Part shown: positions 9,959-24,100 of the stretch, in pieces | Layout: each line of letters starts with the position of its first letter | Numbering within the stretch: position 1 is the stretch's first letter | Source of the DNA: a virus | Length of the DNA: 64,000 nt | Virus record (IMG/VR): IMGVR_UViG_3300048691_000181 | Span: 42,964-106,963 of that record | Strand: one strand, 5' to 3' | Program-made: the position numbers and the translations under genes | The notes under the pieces: model-generated | What the model was told of the DNA's origin: nothing | The model's database searches: none | What the model saw: only the letters and a program-made list of their open reading frames with translations

Positions 9959-12094
9959 ATGCCAATTAATCAATATTTTAACTACCAACCACTACAACAG
10001 GCAGACTATTCATTCCATGCACCATTAGAGATGATGGGTAAGACTTTGTCCTATCTTCAGGATAAGTCTGACAAGAACTATGCTGCATTAGGAGAAGTGC
10101 CAAGTCTGCTCAATGTTCCTGTTTTAGAAAAAGATGCTCAGTTAAGAGCCAATATAGAGAATAAGTATAGAGATAGGATTAAACAATTAGTCGATAAAAC
10201 AGGAGGAGACTATTCTGGTGTCCAGAAAGATGTACTTGCTATCCAGAATGACCTTAGAAAAGACTTATCTTTCTCTGGAAACTTAGGCGCGTTGAAGTCT
10301 AACTATGACGAGTTTGGTGCTTACCAGAAAAGATTAACAGACAATAAAACCCTAACGAACTACCAGCGTTCAGGTGCAATAAATACATCTCTAAAGAATT
10401 ATCAAGGTGCAGGAGAGGTAGACGCTTTAACAGGCAAGTATAACCGATTCTCTGGTATAGACATAGATGGATTTGATGTCCAGAAACATTTGCACGATAT
10501 TAGAGACCTTAAACCTTCATCAGAAGAACAGATAAGAACTTATAAAGAAGGTAATGACATCATAGATAGAAAGTCTGCTGTTAAGGGTGTATCTTATAAG
10601 AATGCCTATGAAGTAGCCAAAGCTGACTTATTTTCCAATCAGGCTTATCAACAACATAGGAGACAAATGGCAGCTATTGGAATGGCTATTGACCCGAGAG
10701 ATGAACATGCTGCCTTAGATGCTTTTGCAGAACAAAGAAGCTTTAAAGAAGTATCAGATGACTTAAAGAGAACCAATACTGGTGATAGAGAATTTGCAGA
10801 AAGAAGAAGACACAATTTAATGATGGAAGGATATATGAAACCCGAACCTGTTGGACAATTAACATTAGAAGCTGGTAAAGGGAATGGAATACCATTAGAA
10901 AGAGAAATTAATACCACATCTAAATTAGAGCCAATTTATGATAAAGACTTCATTGAACTGTCTGAAGGACAGGCATATCTTGGATATAAGCCAGTATCTA
11001 AAGGTGATGAAACATTAGACTATAATCACTCTTATGTTAAAACAGACCAATATGGAATATCTGGTCAAGCTCTAACAATGGCAGGTAACCAATTAATGAG
11101 AGGTCAAAAGACAGCATTGAAGATGAAAGAAGTTAAAGATAAAGATGGTAATAAGACTCAAGTACCCGTTCCTTTCTCTGAACTCAATATTGATGAGAAG
11201 CAAGCTCAATTAGGTGCATGGAATAAAGACAAGTCAACTCAACAATCTCTTGTTCAGTTTACTAAGAATAACTATGGAACAATTGCACGTCAAAAGAACT
11301 TTACTTCCTCTTCAGTATTTACTATTGGAGATACTAAGAAACAAGATGAATTAGGTGGGTTGTATGAAGGTCAATCAGGATTGATTACTGTTTCAGATAC
11401 CCAAGGTGCTTCACAAGGAACACTTCAAGACCAGATATCGGCTTTCTCAAATACAGTAGGCGATGGCTCTAAAGTTAAAGTAACAGCAATTGGACCTTCT
11501 CCTTCAGCCAATCCTTCTGTAACAGGAAAGATGTCAGTTCGTCTTACTGTTCAAGGAAAGGCAGGACAACCTATTTCTAAGATACTATTCCTCGACAATC
11601 AAGACCCTGCTCTTCAACAGACTTATAAATCTGCTGTTGCAGCCTTTGCTCCTAATCAAGAGCAATTTGTATTTCAGCATAACGGAAAACCTGTACATTA
11701 TGAAACATCTTATACAGAGTCTTTAACGTCTCCAGATGGAAGTATATCTTCTATGTTTAGGGTTGCTCGACCTACTTCGCCATCAGAAATAGCAGAGAAT
11801 AAGCGCTTAGGAATTGATGGGACTGCCTTCATAGACAATGAAGCTGCTCTTAGCTTAGGCTCTCAAGTAGGTGTTAACCATACTATTATTGGCGGTAATA
11901 ACAGAAAGGGATTAATTGAAGTGTTAGAGAATCTACCAAATGGCAAGTCTGTTAAAAAGACTTATCGGATTAATTCTCTAACACAATTGTATCCTTCTTT
12001 ACAGGAAGCAACACCTCAATTAGCGCCATCTAAAGCAACAAAGTCTACTCGTTATAGTCAATCCCAATCTTCAAGTTATTCGGAGAATGATTAA
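9959..12094 (+). CDS. Internal virion cargo/ejection protein
   Basis: Helical N-terminus (Y...PLEMM...LQDK.D.N) and position directly before the giant RNAP gene, as in crAss-like phages. Confidence 0.55.
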   Translation: MPINQYFNYQPLQQADYSFHAPLEMMGKTLSYLQDKSDKNYAALGEVPSLLNVPVLEKDAQLRANIENKYRDRIKQLVDKTGGDYSGVQKDVLAIQNDLRKDLSFSGNLGALKSNYDEFGAYQKRLTDNKTLTNYQRSGAINTSLKNYQGAGEVDALTGKYNRFSGIDIDGFDVQKHLHDIRDLKPSSEEQIRTYKEGNDIIDRKSAVKGVSYKNAYEVAKADLFSNQAYQQHRRQMAAIGMAIDPRDEHAALDAFAEQRSFKEVSDDLKRTNTGDREFAERRRHNLMMEGYMKPEPVGQLTLEAGKGNGIPLEREINTTSKLEPIYDKDFIELSEGQAYLGYKPVSKGDETLDYNHSYVKTDQYGISGQALTMAGNQLMRGQKTALKMKEVKDKDGNKTQVPVPFSELNIDEKQAQLGAWNKDKSTQQSLVQFTKNNYGTIARQKNFTSSSVFTIGDTKKQDELGGLYEGQSGLITVSDTQGASQGTLQDQISAFSNTVGDGSKVKVTAIGPSPSANPSVTGKMSVRLTVQGKAGQPISKILFLDNQDPALQQTYKSAVAAFAPNQEQFVFQHNGKPVHYETSYTESLTSPDGSISSMFRVARPTSPSEIAENKRLGIDGTAFIDNEAALSLGSQVGVNHTIIGGNNRKGLIEVLENLPNGKSVKKTYRINSLTQLYPSLQEATPQLAPSKATKSTRYSQSQSSSYSEND

Positions 12095-12125
12095 GATGAG
12101 ACATATCAAACTAATCGCTATTGCC

Positions 12126-12133
12126 TATCTTTG
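12126..12133 (+). promoter_or_regulatory. Bacteroidota-type -7 promoter box (TATCTTTG)
   Basis: Exact TAnnTTTG in the short intergenic gap, ~40 nt upstream of the RNAP ATG at 12173. Confidence 0.6.
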
Positions 12134-12172
12134 CCGTAAAAAATAAAACATAACTTCTAAATTCTACCTTTC

Positions 12173-15100
12173 ATGGACGAACAAGGACAAGACCCGTTTG
12201 CAGGAGGACTGCAACCACTAAAGAATACATACCAAAGACAATTTCAGACATTAGATAAGCCGACAGAAATGGAGGCTTATAATGAATACGATAGAGGCTT
12301 TATTCCTAATTCAGGAATGAGTCAAGAACACAATAGAGCAAATAACCAGTCAAGTGGAGACTTACTTGCTAAGGCTGTTAAACGCTTAGCAATCTCTACT
12401 CCATTAAAGTTTGCTGAAAGTATCTCAGACTTAGGAGGTTTCTTGACAGGAACTTCAGCTATGGACAATCCATTATCTGTTGGATTAAGACAAGCAGAAG
12501 ATGCATGGAAAGAAATGAATCCTGTTTATCGTTCTCAAAAGTATGACGAAGGAACAGTATGGGACAAGATGACATCTGGTTCATTCTTAGCTAATGACCT
12601 TATTGATGGTGTGGCTTATATGGCTTCAGCATGGGGTGGTACAAAGCTGATTGGTGCTGGTGTAGGAATGGCACTGAAGGCTACTATGCCTGAATTGGCA
12701 TTAGCAGAAGCAGCAATGGCTAATGGTCAACAATTGAGTGGCGGTTCTAAGTTTGTCCAGACACTTCTTAATCGTGGCTTAGACGCCAATAATATTACAC
12801 GTGGTACTGTAACAGCTTTAAATACGATTTCAGAAGCAACAGCAGAATCCGTAGACTCTTATACTCAAGTCAAACAAAACTTGCTCAGAAAGAAGCAATT
12901 AGGGCTTATGGGCCATTCTGGTTATGAGGACTATGCAAATATAGGAGATGACCAAATAGAATCTGAAGCAAGAAGTGCTTATAAGGAAACCTTTGTTGGT
13001 AATGCGGCTATCTTAATCCTGCCTAACTGGTTAGAATCTGGTTGGTGGTTAGGAAAAGCAGGTAAAGCAGGTGCTCGTGCAACCTTAACAACAGCTTTCA
13101 GAGCAGGAGAAACGCAATTGGCTCAAGAGGCAGAAAAAATGGGTTTCAAACATGGAGCTATTGCTTTTGCTAAAGGCTTTGCTACGGAAGGCTTATGGGA
13201 AGAGAATCTTCAAGGCGCACTTCAAATGTACGAGAAGTCTATCTCTGACCCGACACTCTCTAATCGCGATAGAGGGCTATTTCCTGGCATTGCAGGCACT
13301 TTAAAGAATTCAGCAACAAACTTAGCAGGGTTTAGCAAAAGTCTCTTAGGAGGCAATATTGATGCCAATTCAGAAGAAGGTCAAGGTGCTATCTCTATCT
13401 GGTTAGGCGGTGCTTTAGGCTCTCCTATGGCATTGATGGGTCATTACCGTGAACAAGTGGACAATAAGAAACAGAGAACAGAACTTCAGGCTGAGTTAGA
13501 TAGAGCACATCAGAATAGTAAAATATTAGGTCATGGATTCAATAAAGAGATAAACTTTGCTGTTGACTCGATTGAGAAAGATGATACTGGAAAGATAAAG
13601 AAAGATGCTGAAGGTAATCCTATTATCAAGTTTGATATAGAGAAGAAGACTCGAGATTTGATTTCAGGATTTTTTAAAGAGATGTCTGCTAACCATGCTG
13701 TTTTAGCGGATATGGCAGACAATGAAATCTATGGTGCTGTTAATACACATTTCTCTGCCTTCAACGCGGCTATGGAAATAGAACAGTCAAGATGGGATAA
13801 AGGGATTAAGGATGTCTTTGCTGAAAGATTGGTTAAAAACTTTGAAGAGATGTCTAAGGGAACAGAAGCTGTACCAGAAAGTAAAGACGAACAAGGCAAT
13901 GTTATACCAGCTCAAGAAGCTGTTGAAGGAACGAATGTAGGTAGAGGACTTTTTAAATTAGAGCTCTTAAACTCTTATCGTGACTTGTACCGTAATGAAT
14001 ATCAAGCAGCCTATAACAAAGCATTTAGAAGCTTTGACGGCAATGACGAGAACAAGAAACGTTTCTTATTAGACATGGTTCAGAATAGAACGATTGAGAT
14101 GTTTAGGTTACAGATGTTAAAGAGCTTGAGAGATGGTAATGGTTCTCTAACAACAGATGGTTTAGCAGAACCCTATATCAAGTCTAAGCAAGGAAGAGAA
14201 GACATAGAGAAGTTGATTGCCGAGAAAGAAGCTCAAATAGAAAAGTTTAATCTTAGGACAAACTCGAAAGGCATAGAAGCAATGTATGGAGAATATCAGA
14301 AGTCTCAATCGGTAGATGATGTTCAGGAAGCATTGGGTAATGCAGTAAAAGAAGTAGCAGATTTAACCAAAGAACTTTCTGCAACAACAGAAACAGAGGT
14401 AGAGCAAACAACTAAAGATGCAGACGGCAAAGATGTAGTGACTAAAGTAAAGCAACAAGTAGGCATTTCAGAAGAAAAAAGAAAAGAGCTGAATCGGAAG
14501 ATTCAAGAAAAGAAGAATGAAGTATTTCTTAAACGTCAAGAATATGAAGAACAGGCTGGTATTCACGCTAAGTCTATCTCAACCAACTTTTATCATGATA
14601 AAGACCTTGCAAAAGATGCCTTAGCTGGTAAAGATGTTAGAGGAATGGGACGTTACCAATATGAAAGGTTAGCTCATTCAAGAACTAAGATAGGTGGTAG
14701 ATTTAGTAGATACCAGAATAGAAGAATGGGTCAAGTTCAAGATAGTCTTATCGCTCAAGTAGCGGCTAATATTCAAGCGAATAGAGAAAAGATGGCAGGG
14801 GACTTAACCTTAGTTGACCGTGTTCAAGACTTGATGGACCAATATGAAGATGCACTACTTAATCCTCAAGCAGGTTCAGAAGAAATACGTCAACAATTAC
14901 AAGAAAATGAAGAGAAGTCTCATCTATTATATCAAGAAGAAAAAGATTTAGATTTAAGATATACAGAAGAATTAAAGTATGCAACAACTTCTTTGTTGCG
15001 AAATCGCATTGATAAGACTTTCCAAAAACAAAGAGCCTTATTAAGTGAAAGAAGAGAGCTGTTAATTAACGAGTATAAAAACTTAGAGCAAGAATATAAA

Positions 15101-18100
15101 GACTTTGCTGATGACAAAGCCTTAGATATTATTGAAGAAATGCTTCAACTGATAACCCAGAATCAACGTGTCTTATTTCAAGCTTCTTTGTTTGATGGTT
15201 CTGTTATAGCTAAGTTTATGAATTTGGTTGAGACCATTAGAGATAAATCAGAAAAGGCAATAGTAGAATACAATGACCTTATTGAACAAAGAGATGAGTT
15301 AGGGCAGAAGATTCAAGAAGGTGTATTTGATAAACCTATCATAGAAGGATTACGAGAACTAAAGAATATAGACCTATATGGAATTAAACCAGAATACTTC
15401 TTATCTACGCCTATTGTTAAAGATGAAGATGAAGATGGTAATGAATTTGCTTTAGGTTTTGGTATAAGACAAGGAACACATATCTTTCCTTCTAATTTTG
15501 ATGATGTAGTTGAACTTCAAAAGAACTTATTAAAGGCAATTAAAGCAAAGGATGATGCGCTTAACCAATATAAAACTCTTTTAAGTCAAATAGACGAGAA
15601 AGATTCTCTAACACGTAAATATGCAAATATTCTTAATGGAGCAGAAGCTACAGCTGCTTTACCAGAAAGGGCTGGTTTAGAAGAAGCAGTTACTAAATAT
15701 AAAGAGCATGTTAAAGAAAGAAGTAAACTTAATCTTGAACACACTAAGCTAAAGGACTATGATAAGAAAGCTCAATTAGCAATAGAAACAGAATGGTTGG
15801 TCAATCCTAATGAAGCTTACTTTAGACAATATCTCGTAGAACAAAATACGGATGATGTCTTAAACGCATTGTCTATCGAGTTCTCGAACATAGCTGCTGG
15901 TAAACTCTTTGATTCAGCTTTCGATATTGACGATAAATCTACATGGACTATTCTTCCCGATGTAGCTTTTACAATGCCATTGGTTACTGCACGCTACTTT
16001 AAAGAGAAGTTAGAGGAAATAGTCAATATGACTAAGCATACAACAGAAGATGAGACAGCAAAAGGAATTATAGAAGCCTATAAGAAAGTGTCTCAAATAA
16101 TGGGGATGGGTAAATATGAGATTACACTGCCTAAAGCTCTCGATATGCTAAATGCCATTATTGCACACGAAGACAATCGTCAGAACATTAATATTGGTAG
16201 AATGGAAGCCTTTGAGAAGAATCAGAAAGCGTCACATCAAGAAGTCTTAGATATTATTCATGGTTCAGATGCAATTAAGCTGGATGACTCTTATGGCCTA
16301 TTTCGTGAGCTGCAAGCGATTAAATCCAGCGAGCGGTCTACTAAGAAGGCTGATGCTTTAAAGAGCTTAGAAGCAAAAGAAAAGGCTATCTTGCTTGAAG
16401 TAGATACTTTGATTGCACAGATGGGCATAACAGCATTGCCATCTGGTTATGAGTCTATGTCTGGTACGACCAAGCTGAATGCACTCTTATTCTCATTAGG
16501 TGGACTAAGTTCTTTTCTCTCTTTAGCAGGAGGAGAAAAGTTAAATGAACAGATGCGTGTAGCATTTAAGTTTCATGCCTTTGTTCGTGTGCTTCAATCA
16601 ACAGGAGACATCAATCAGACACTCTACGAGATTTCTAAGGACGCTAAGTTAAATGATACTCAAAAAGCACAACTTACTGGCTTAATCACAAAGCTTACTT
16701 CCCTCTCTCCGATTGAGACAGCACAAGGATATTTGAATTCTACGATTGGTGATAAAGGGAAGAATGATGCTAAGTATCAGGCTTTTGTAAATATCTTAAC
16801 CAGTATAGATAAAGCACCTATGGATGGATTAGGCTATTCGCCCAACTATCTTCAGATGAATGCCTTTATCGAATCAGTTATCAACTTCGACTTATCTCAA
16901 AAAGAGAACGAATCTCGTGTTACAGGCCTTAAAAAGAAGTTCAATTCGGACTCATTCCCTCAAGATGTCTTAGCTAAAGAATATATTAAAGACTTAAACG
17001 ATAGACCTTTAAATGCGAGTTTACTCTTAGGCGTTTCTGGTTCAGGAAAAACAATAGGTACTCAACTCTTAATCAAATATTACTTAGCTGCTGGTTCAGG
17101 AAATAGACCTTCTGAAACAAAGAGAGTTCTCTTAGTAGGACATACTTCTGCTTCTTCAGAGAATCTAAAGAACGAAGCTGTTAGAACTATTCCTGCTGCT
17201 AATGCGATGACTGCTGTAACCAATGTCGAGTTCTATAACATGACACCAGAGCAGCGTTCAGAGTTTGATTTGATTATTGCAGACGAACAGTTTACTCTTT
17301 CTACGGATGAGTTTAGAATATTCCAGAACGCGGGGAGAAATGCGTACAATGACGAAGGTGGCCCAGCAGTCTATGGTAAAGACGGATTAAAGATTCTTCA
17401 AACACCTGTTCTATTTATTATGGGTGACTCTTCTCAACCACGAGGAGAGATTATGAACTACCTGACTGATTTAGAATCTGTTAAAGATGCTGCATATAAG
17501 TCGGTTAAGAGACTAACGCCATTGTCTATTGGCTATCGCGCTTCTGTTCAAGCCATAGAGTCTGTTGCTTACCAGTTTAAGTCCAGCACAGAGCATGTCC
17601 AACTGGAAACAACTGAAGCCAACAAGACAATAGAAGAGTTTAGAATTCAAGATAAGAACGCTATTATTGCCGCTAATGATAACCAAGCTTTAAAGGAATC
17701 TTTGTCTATCATTGGACTTATCTCTGATAATGATGCAGATGAACAAACACGTCAGAATAAGATATTAGACTTGGTTACACTCTTAGACAATAATACATCC
17801 ACAGAGAAGACTGTTATTATTGTAGCCAACGAGAAGAAGAAGCAAGCATATATTGAAGGTTTAGTTAGGCTTAGTCCAAACATTAAGCCTGATTACGCAA
17901 AAGAAGGAAGGATTCAAGTAATGACCTTTAATGACGTTCAAGGGAGAACCTTTGATAACGTCTTAATCGACTATGTACCTACGGACAAGATGGTTCAGAG
18001 AAGTGTTGTCTTTAATCCTGCAACAAGAAAATATGAACAGAAATATACAGAGATAGCCTTAGCCGACTTACAATTAGCTGTCGGTTCAGAATACAAGAAG

Positions 18101-21100
18101 AACTCTAATGTCTATATGGCTATAACAAGAGGAAAGAAGTTTGTCTATATGAATGGTATTTCTCAAGCAAAGTTAGAGACAGATAATAAACTTCAGAAGC
18201 ACGTTTTTTCAGGCACTAAGGAAGCAGAAGCATTAAGAAAGAATTATGAAGAGGTTAAGAAGAACTTTGGGGTACAGGTCAATCAAGCAGTCACTACGAC
18301 GCCTATTGCACCAACTCCTGCTCCAGCTGCTTCTTCTACGAATACAAATCCTCCTCCTGCTGCAACACCTCCTGCTCCACCAGTAGCACCAACTCCTGCT
18401 CCAACCAATCCCCCTCCTACACCCCCTGTTTCAGATATAGATAATTCAACTCCTATTATAGATAATACTGTTGAAGAAGATGAGGACGAATTAACAGAAG
18501 ATGCTTTAGCAGATGTGAATACAGATGGACTTATTGAAGAAGATAAACAAGATTATCAAGACCAGATAGACCATATTGGAATAGCTCAAGTTATTGCTGC
18601 TATCAATCCAGACTTCTTTGCTGAAGGTTCAGATAAGATTATTCTTCAACACCCAGAGACAATAGAAGATATAACTATTAATGATGGTGATACACACCTC
18701 ATGGTTAAGCAAAGATTTAGAATACGTCAAGGGCTGGAGAATATTCATCAAGATGGCATAGATTATACGGTAGTTTATCCTGCTGCTATTGACTCTATTC
18801 CTGTTGAAGGAACAACTATTCCTAATTCGATTACGGTGCCTATCTTCTCAAACACAAACGATGGCAAGAGAGTAACTGTTCAAGTATATGTGCCTCTGGT
18901 TACGAAAGAAGGAGAGAGAGAACGTTTTACGGGTAGATATATCAATTCTGGAACATTTAGATATATGACAGAAGGTGTATTTAAGTCTGAAACAGAGCAT
19001 CTTGGCATGGGATTAGACACTGTCTTAAATGATATGAATTCTAATGAGATGAGTGAATATACGACAGAATCTAAATACTTCAATGGAACTACGCTTACTC
19101 AAAAAGAGATAGATGACCACAAGAAGGTCTTGAAGGACAAAGGATTAGATACAGACTTGCTTATGCAAGAGATGGTTGTTCACGAACAATCAGATATGAA
19201 CTTTAGAAACTATGACCCTACTAAGGCTGATTCCGATAAGATGAAGTCTGTTTCTCAAACAATAATACAAGTACTTACTGACCTCAAGAGCAAGGATAAC
19301 AACGTTAATGACTCTACGTTAGAAGCATTTATATCAGAGATAACAATAAACGAGAATGGTGTTATTCGATTAAATCCTAAGTTCCTATTAGACGGTCAAG
19401 CTAAAGTTCAGCAAAAACTACCTGCTATGTTATGGGAAATTTCTACGATGGCATTAGTTAATAGTAAATCAGAAAGAGGAGTGAACTTCTTATCTTCTGC
19501 TTCACCAGCATTAAAAGCAGCCTTTGGTCAAAAAGGACGTTCTAATGGTATTTACGGTATGCCTGTTATTATTTTAAAGAATATTCCTATTGGTACTAAG
19601 AACGGTAAGACTACAATAAGAGATTTCTTTATTCCGCTTAACCAGCCTAAGATGCAAGCAACATCTGAAATTGTATCTACATTCACTTCGTTGAAGTCTA
19701 ATCTGGATAACTTCAAAGCTGTTTTAGATGAAGTAGTAGCTTCCTTAGGAAGTGATGCAAGTACCGCTTCTATTTTAGGATTAGATGCGATTAAAGGAGA
19801 AGCAGAGAGAATAGAGAATAAGAATGGCAGAGAACGTGCATTAGCAAATGGCACTTCTCATATCGAGACAAACAATACGCAAACCAATCTTTTAAACACG
19901 TCTTTTCTTAATATGGTACTCTATGCTGGTCAAGACCTATTTGACCTTCAAGATGATACGTTTGCGCCCAAGACTATTTCTGATGCAGATATAAAGAAGG
20001 TGCTCTTAGATTCATTAAAGACATCATTTGAGGCGGCTAAGGAGAAGATAGTCTTAGAAATATTCAAGAATCAAAACTTAGGAAAGAATATAGATGAACT
20101 CTTAGCTAAGGATAAATCACCAGAAGCAACAAAGAGTAAGAGAGACCAATTAGCTAAGATTAAAAGGGAACAAGAAGATAAGATTAATTTCCCTCAATCA
20201 GAGACAAATATATTAGGAAGCCAATATGTCCTATTAACGCAAGGAATAATTGCTTCACCAGCTGAAAAGCTTCAACAATTAAAGAATGTTATCGTACCAA
20301 TGGTGTATGGTAATAAGGGCTCTTTCTTTGGTACAGCTCTAAAGAATAAGCCTTATACAGTAGAGCAAGTAGCAAAACAGACAGGAATTGAATCTGCAGC
20401 TGAAGTTGCTGGTAAGCAGCCTTCAGACTATCTTGCTGAAGAGATAATTAAACAATTTCTTTCTGGTTCAGACACCTTTAAGCAGTCTGATATAGGCTTT
20501 TATTTCAATCCTAACGAAGGAAATGAAGCTATGCAAACTAAGAACGAGTCGGTTAAATTTAAGCTCTTAGAAGGCAAATTACCTGCTGTTGTTTATGCGT
20601 ACTTGAATGCAATGAAGGATTCTTTAGATGGTAAAGATGTGAATACGATTCAATTAGAAGAACTCTTTAACATAAGAAATAAATCTAAGATTAAAAATGA
20701 TGCTGCCTTTACTTCATATCAAGAGTTAAAGGACGAGATAGCTAAATTAAATTTCAAGAAATTTAATTTTACCACAGAAACGACACCTCGAGAAATCTTA
20801 GAAAAGACTAAAGGATTTGACCTTAAAGCTTCTTTGGCTTCTAAGGCTCTCGAACACTTTGCTAAGGCTAACTATAAGATTAAGGATGAGAATGGCAACG
20901 AGAAAAGGCTCTTAATGTCTAAGCAAGATAAAAACAATCAGACTGCTGAACAAAGGTCTAAAACAGGTAGACAAGCACAATTCAATGTCTTTGCTCGTTT
21001 AACAGAGACTAACTTCAACTTTGCATCAAGACAAAAGCTCGTTAGAACAAAGCTTGAGCAAGCAGTTAAGTTTCAATCTAAGAGTCAGTTTCCTTTTGGT

Positions 21101-24100
21101 ATGTTTGAGATAGTTCAAGGAGAATGGTCTAATCAAGGTAAGATTAAGAAGAAAGATACTTATGGTGTTAATGATTCTATATTTAGAAGTTGGATGAATC
21201 AAGCAACTAATCCTAATCAAGATTTAGGATTTACGCCTATGTGGAATACGGGTACAGAAGTTAAAGAGTCTTTATTGAGAAAAGAACAAACAGCTCTTTA
21301 CTTAGCTATGTGGAGAGCTTTCTCTGATGATGCTTTAGGCTTAGCTCAATTTGTTAAGCACATGGAACAGATGGGGGACTCTTCTTATTCCGAAGCTTTA
21401 ACGGACAGCAATGGTACTCAATTGCCAGTTCCTATGACTGAGGGAGATATTCAACGTGTTATAGATACACCAACAAACTATAAGCAATCTGTTACTTTTG
21501 GTTTAAGGTCTAATGAAGATGAACGTACAGAGAACGAGAAGAAATTAGGCAGAGACGAACCATCTGAATTGAATACGACTTCTGTTCATAAAGCTTTAGA
21601 TACAACACAAGGAGCTACACAAGAACATGCTAAGAATATCTTAGACAAATTAGACGCTGCCTTTCCTGCTGTACCACTTTCTGTGACACCTAATAAGCTT
21701 GTTGTCCAGAGAGCTAATTCAGCTCAAGCACAACAAACTAAGACCGAAGAAGACACAACTGCTACACAGGAAGCTCCTACGCAACCTACTTCTACTCCTG
21801 AAGAAGCAATTACAAATGCACGAACAGAGGCGAATGATAATCTTGCTAATCAAGTAGCTAATGACCCTAATTCAACAGTAGCAACAGATGAGGATGTTGA
21901 CCCTTTGGCTGCACTAAAGAAGAGGATAGAAGGTGTTGATTCGACTCTTACTGGTAAAGATAAAAATGCTCTTATTGAAAATGCTATTACCAATACACTT
22001 ATTAAGACATTTGACAAGTATCCTTTAGCAACTATTCAGAAGTTGTCTAATATGATAATAGAAAGGATTGAAGGCAAATCAGAAGAAGTAGCTTATACTA
22101 ATTCTAATCTGTCTGAAGCAGAAGATGCACTTGGTCATTCAATGTCCTTAGTGAAATCAGTAGCACTTATGGGACAGGCTCTTTCTGTATTAGATAGTGT
22201 TTCAGATAAGCAAATTACAGGAAAGATAAAAGTAAAAAGAAAAGACCATACTGTCGCTTTCCAACAACAAGATGTGAATGAGGCTGTTAAAGCTATCCGT
22301 AGAAGAATAGAAGGAGATGTATTGACTTATGCTCAATCAGTACTATCTGATTTTGGTATGGATATAGGAACAGTTAAGATGGTATCTCGTTTAACAGATG
22401 CAACTATGCAATCCGCACAAGGTAATAAACCTGTTTGGGGATATGTAAAACATGGAGCCATAGCACTTGAGAAATCAGCTACACGTACTGATTTTAACCA
22501 CGAGTTCTTCCATTATACGTTCCGCTACTTAATGACCGAACCAGAAAGAAGGTTGCTCATCGAGAACGCAAAGAGTGAATTTGGAGAAGCCTTTAAGAAT
22601 ATGTCTTTTGCTGAACAAGAAGAATATTTGGCTAATCAGTTTGAGAAGTATATGCAGTTTAGAAAGTTTTCTCCTGAAACAAAAGAAGAAGCTAAGGCTA
22701 AGAAAACATTCCTTCGTGCTATGTTTGATAGATTTATCGAACTATTTAACTGGATAATCGGAGCAAGGAACATAGTAGTAAATAAAGCATTAGGAAGAAA
22801 GGCCAATGCAGATTTCGAGGCTATTCGGACAGGCAAGTATAAAATCTATAATGCAGCATGGGATATGCTCTATTCAGGGAGGCTCTATGAAGCAGCCTTT
22901 TCTAATGGTGCACAATTGGAAGGAATTGAAGACGAATTCTCTATCGAAGGAGCAACCCTTCAGGGTTTAATCAGAGAGATATTCTCTGAATTAAAGGACG
23001 CTTCATCACAAGACTATATAGACTATGTATCTCATGTCGAGTTAACAATAGGGATGTTGTATGCTGAAGGGCATAGAGATGGCTATGTTATGACTTATCA
23101 TCAGGCAATCGGGCAAGCCTTTAATAAGATTCAGAAACAATTAGAAGATAAAGAAGCCATTCCCAAGATATTCACTAAGCTTGAATCGCTATTCTCTAAA
23201 GAGTCTCCTGATAAAGTACGTTCTAAGATGCACTCTATCTTTACCGAAGTAATCAAGTCTCTTATCAACAATATAGATATGCATGTTGATATCGAGAAAG
23301 ATAATACAGTAGATATGGGCGAAGGTGTTAAGAATGTAGATAACGAGAAAAAGAAAGCGGAAGACAATCCAACTACGCATTTACGTCATGTGATTAAGAC
23401 ATTCTTCCGTATCGCTGGTTCAGACACTAAAGGGAAGTCGCTTATTCCTATCTCTAAGGAAAAGATATTTAGAGATACGATTAACCAAGTTCACTTCGCT
23501 GATTTAGCGCGTCTCGATGAAGAGATAGAGGTTTGGTTAACGAGTAATACTTTAGCAGCAAGGATTATTGAAGGTAAGAAGTCTTTAGAATTTGGTAGAG
23601 CTATCTTAGATACAAGTGAGAATAATGCATTAGCGATTAAGAGGAGAATTATTCAGATTCGGAAAGATAGTTCCATTAAGAACAGTGGCTTAACCGACAA
23701 TCCAGGATTAGGAATTAGAACGCTTCCTGTTAACGCAGGAAACATGGCTTATGTCTATGATAAGCATAAGCAAGGCTATGGCTTAGAATATACAAATGGT
23801 GGCTTCTCTAAGACTTATTATATTGATGGTAGGATAGCTGGTAATACGAAAGCTTCTTCACCAAAACAGATACATGACCAATTATCTCTTGATTTAGAAT
23901 TATATTTAGACAAGAATCCTTCTGGAGATAGAGAAGCTTTATTAGCTATGATAAGGAATCAGACGAATTTTAACTTACTTGTTAGAAGAGCTGAAGCAGA
24001 CCAACAATTAAAAGCTTTGTCTCAAACAATAGGCTCATTGGGCGAAGTGAAGATGACTTCTGATACGGAAGGATTTGAGAAAGGGCAGTTATTCTTGAGA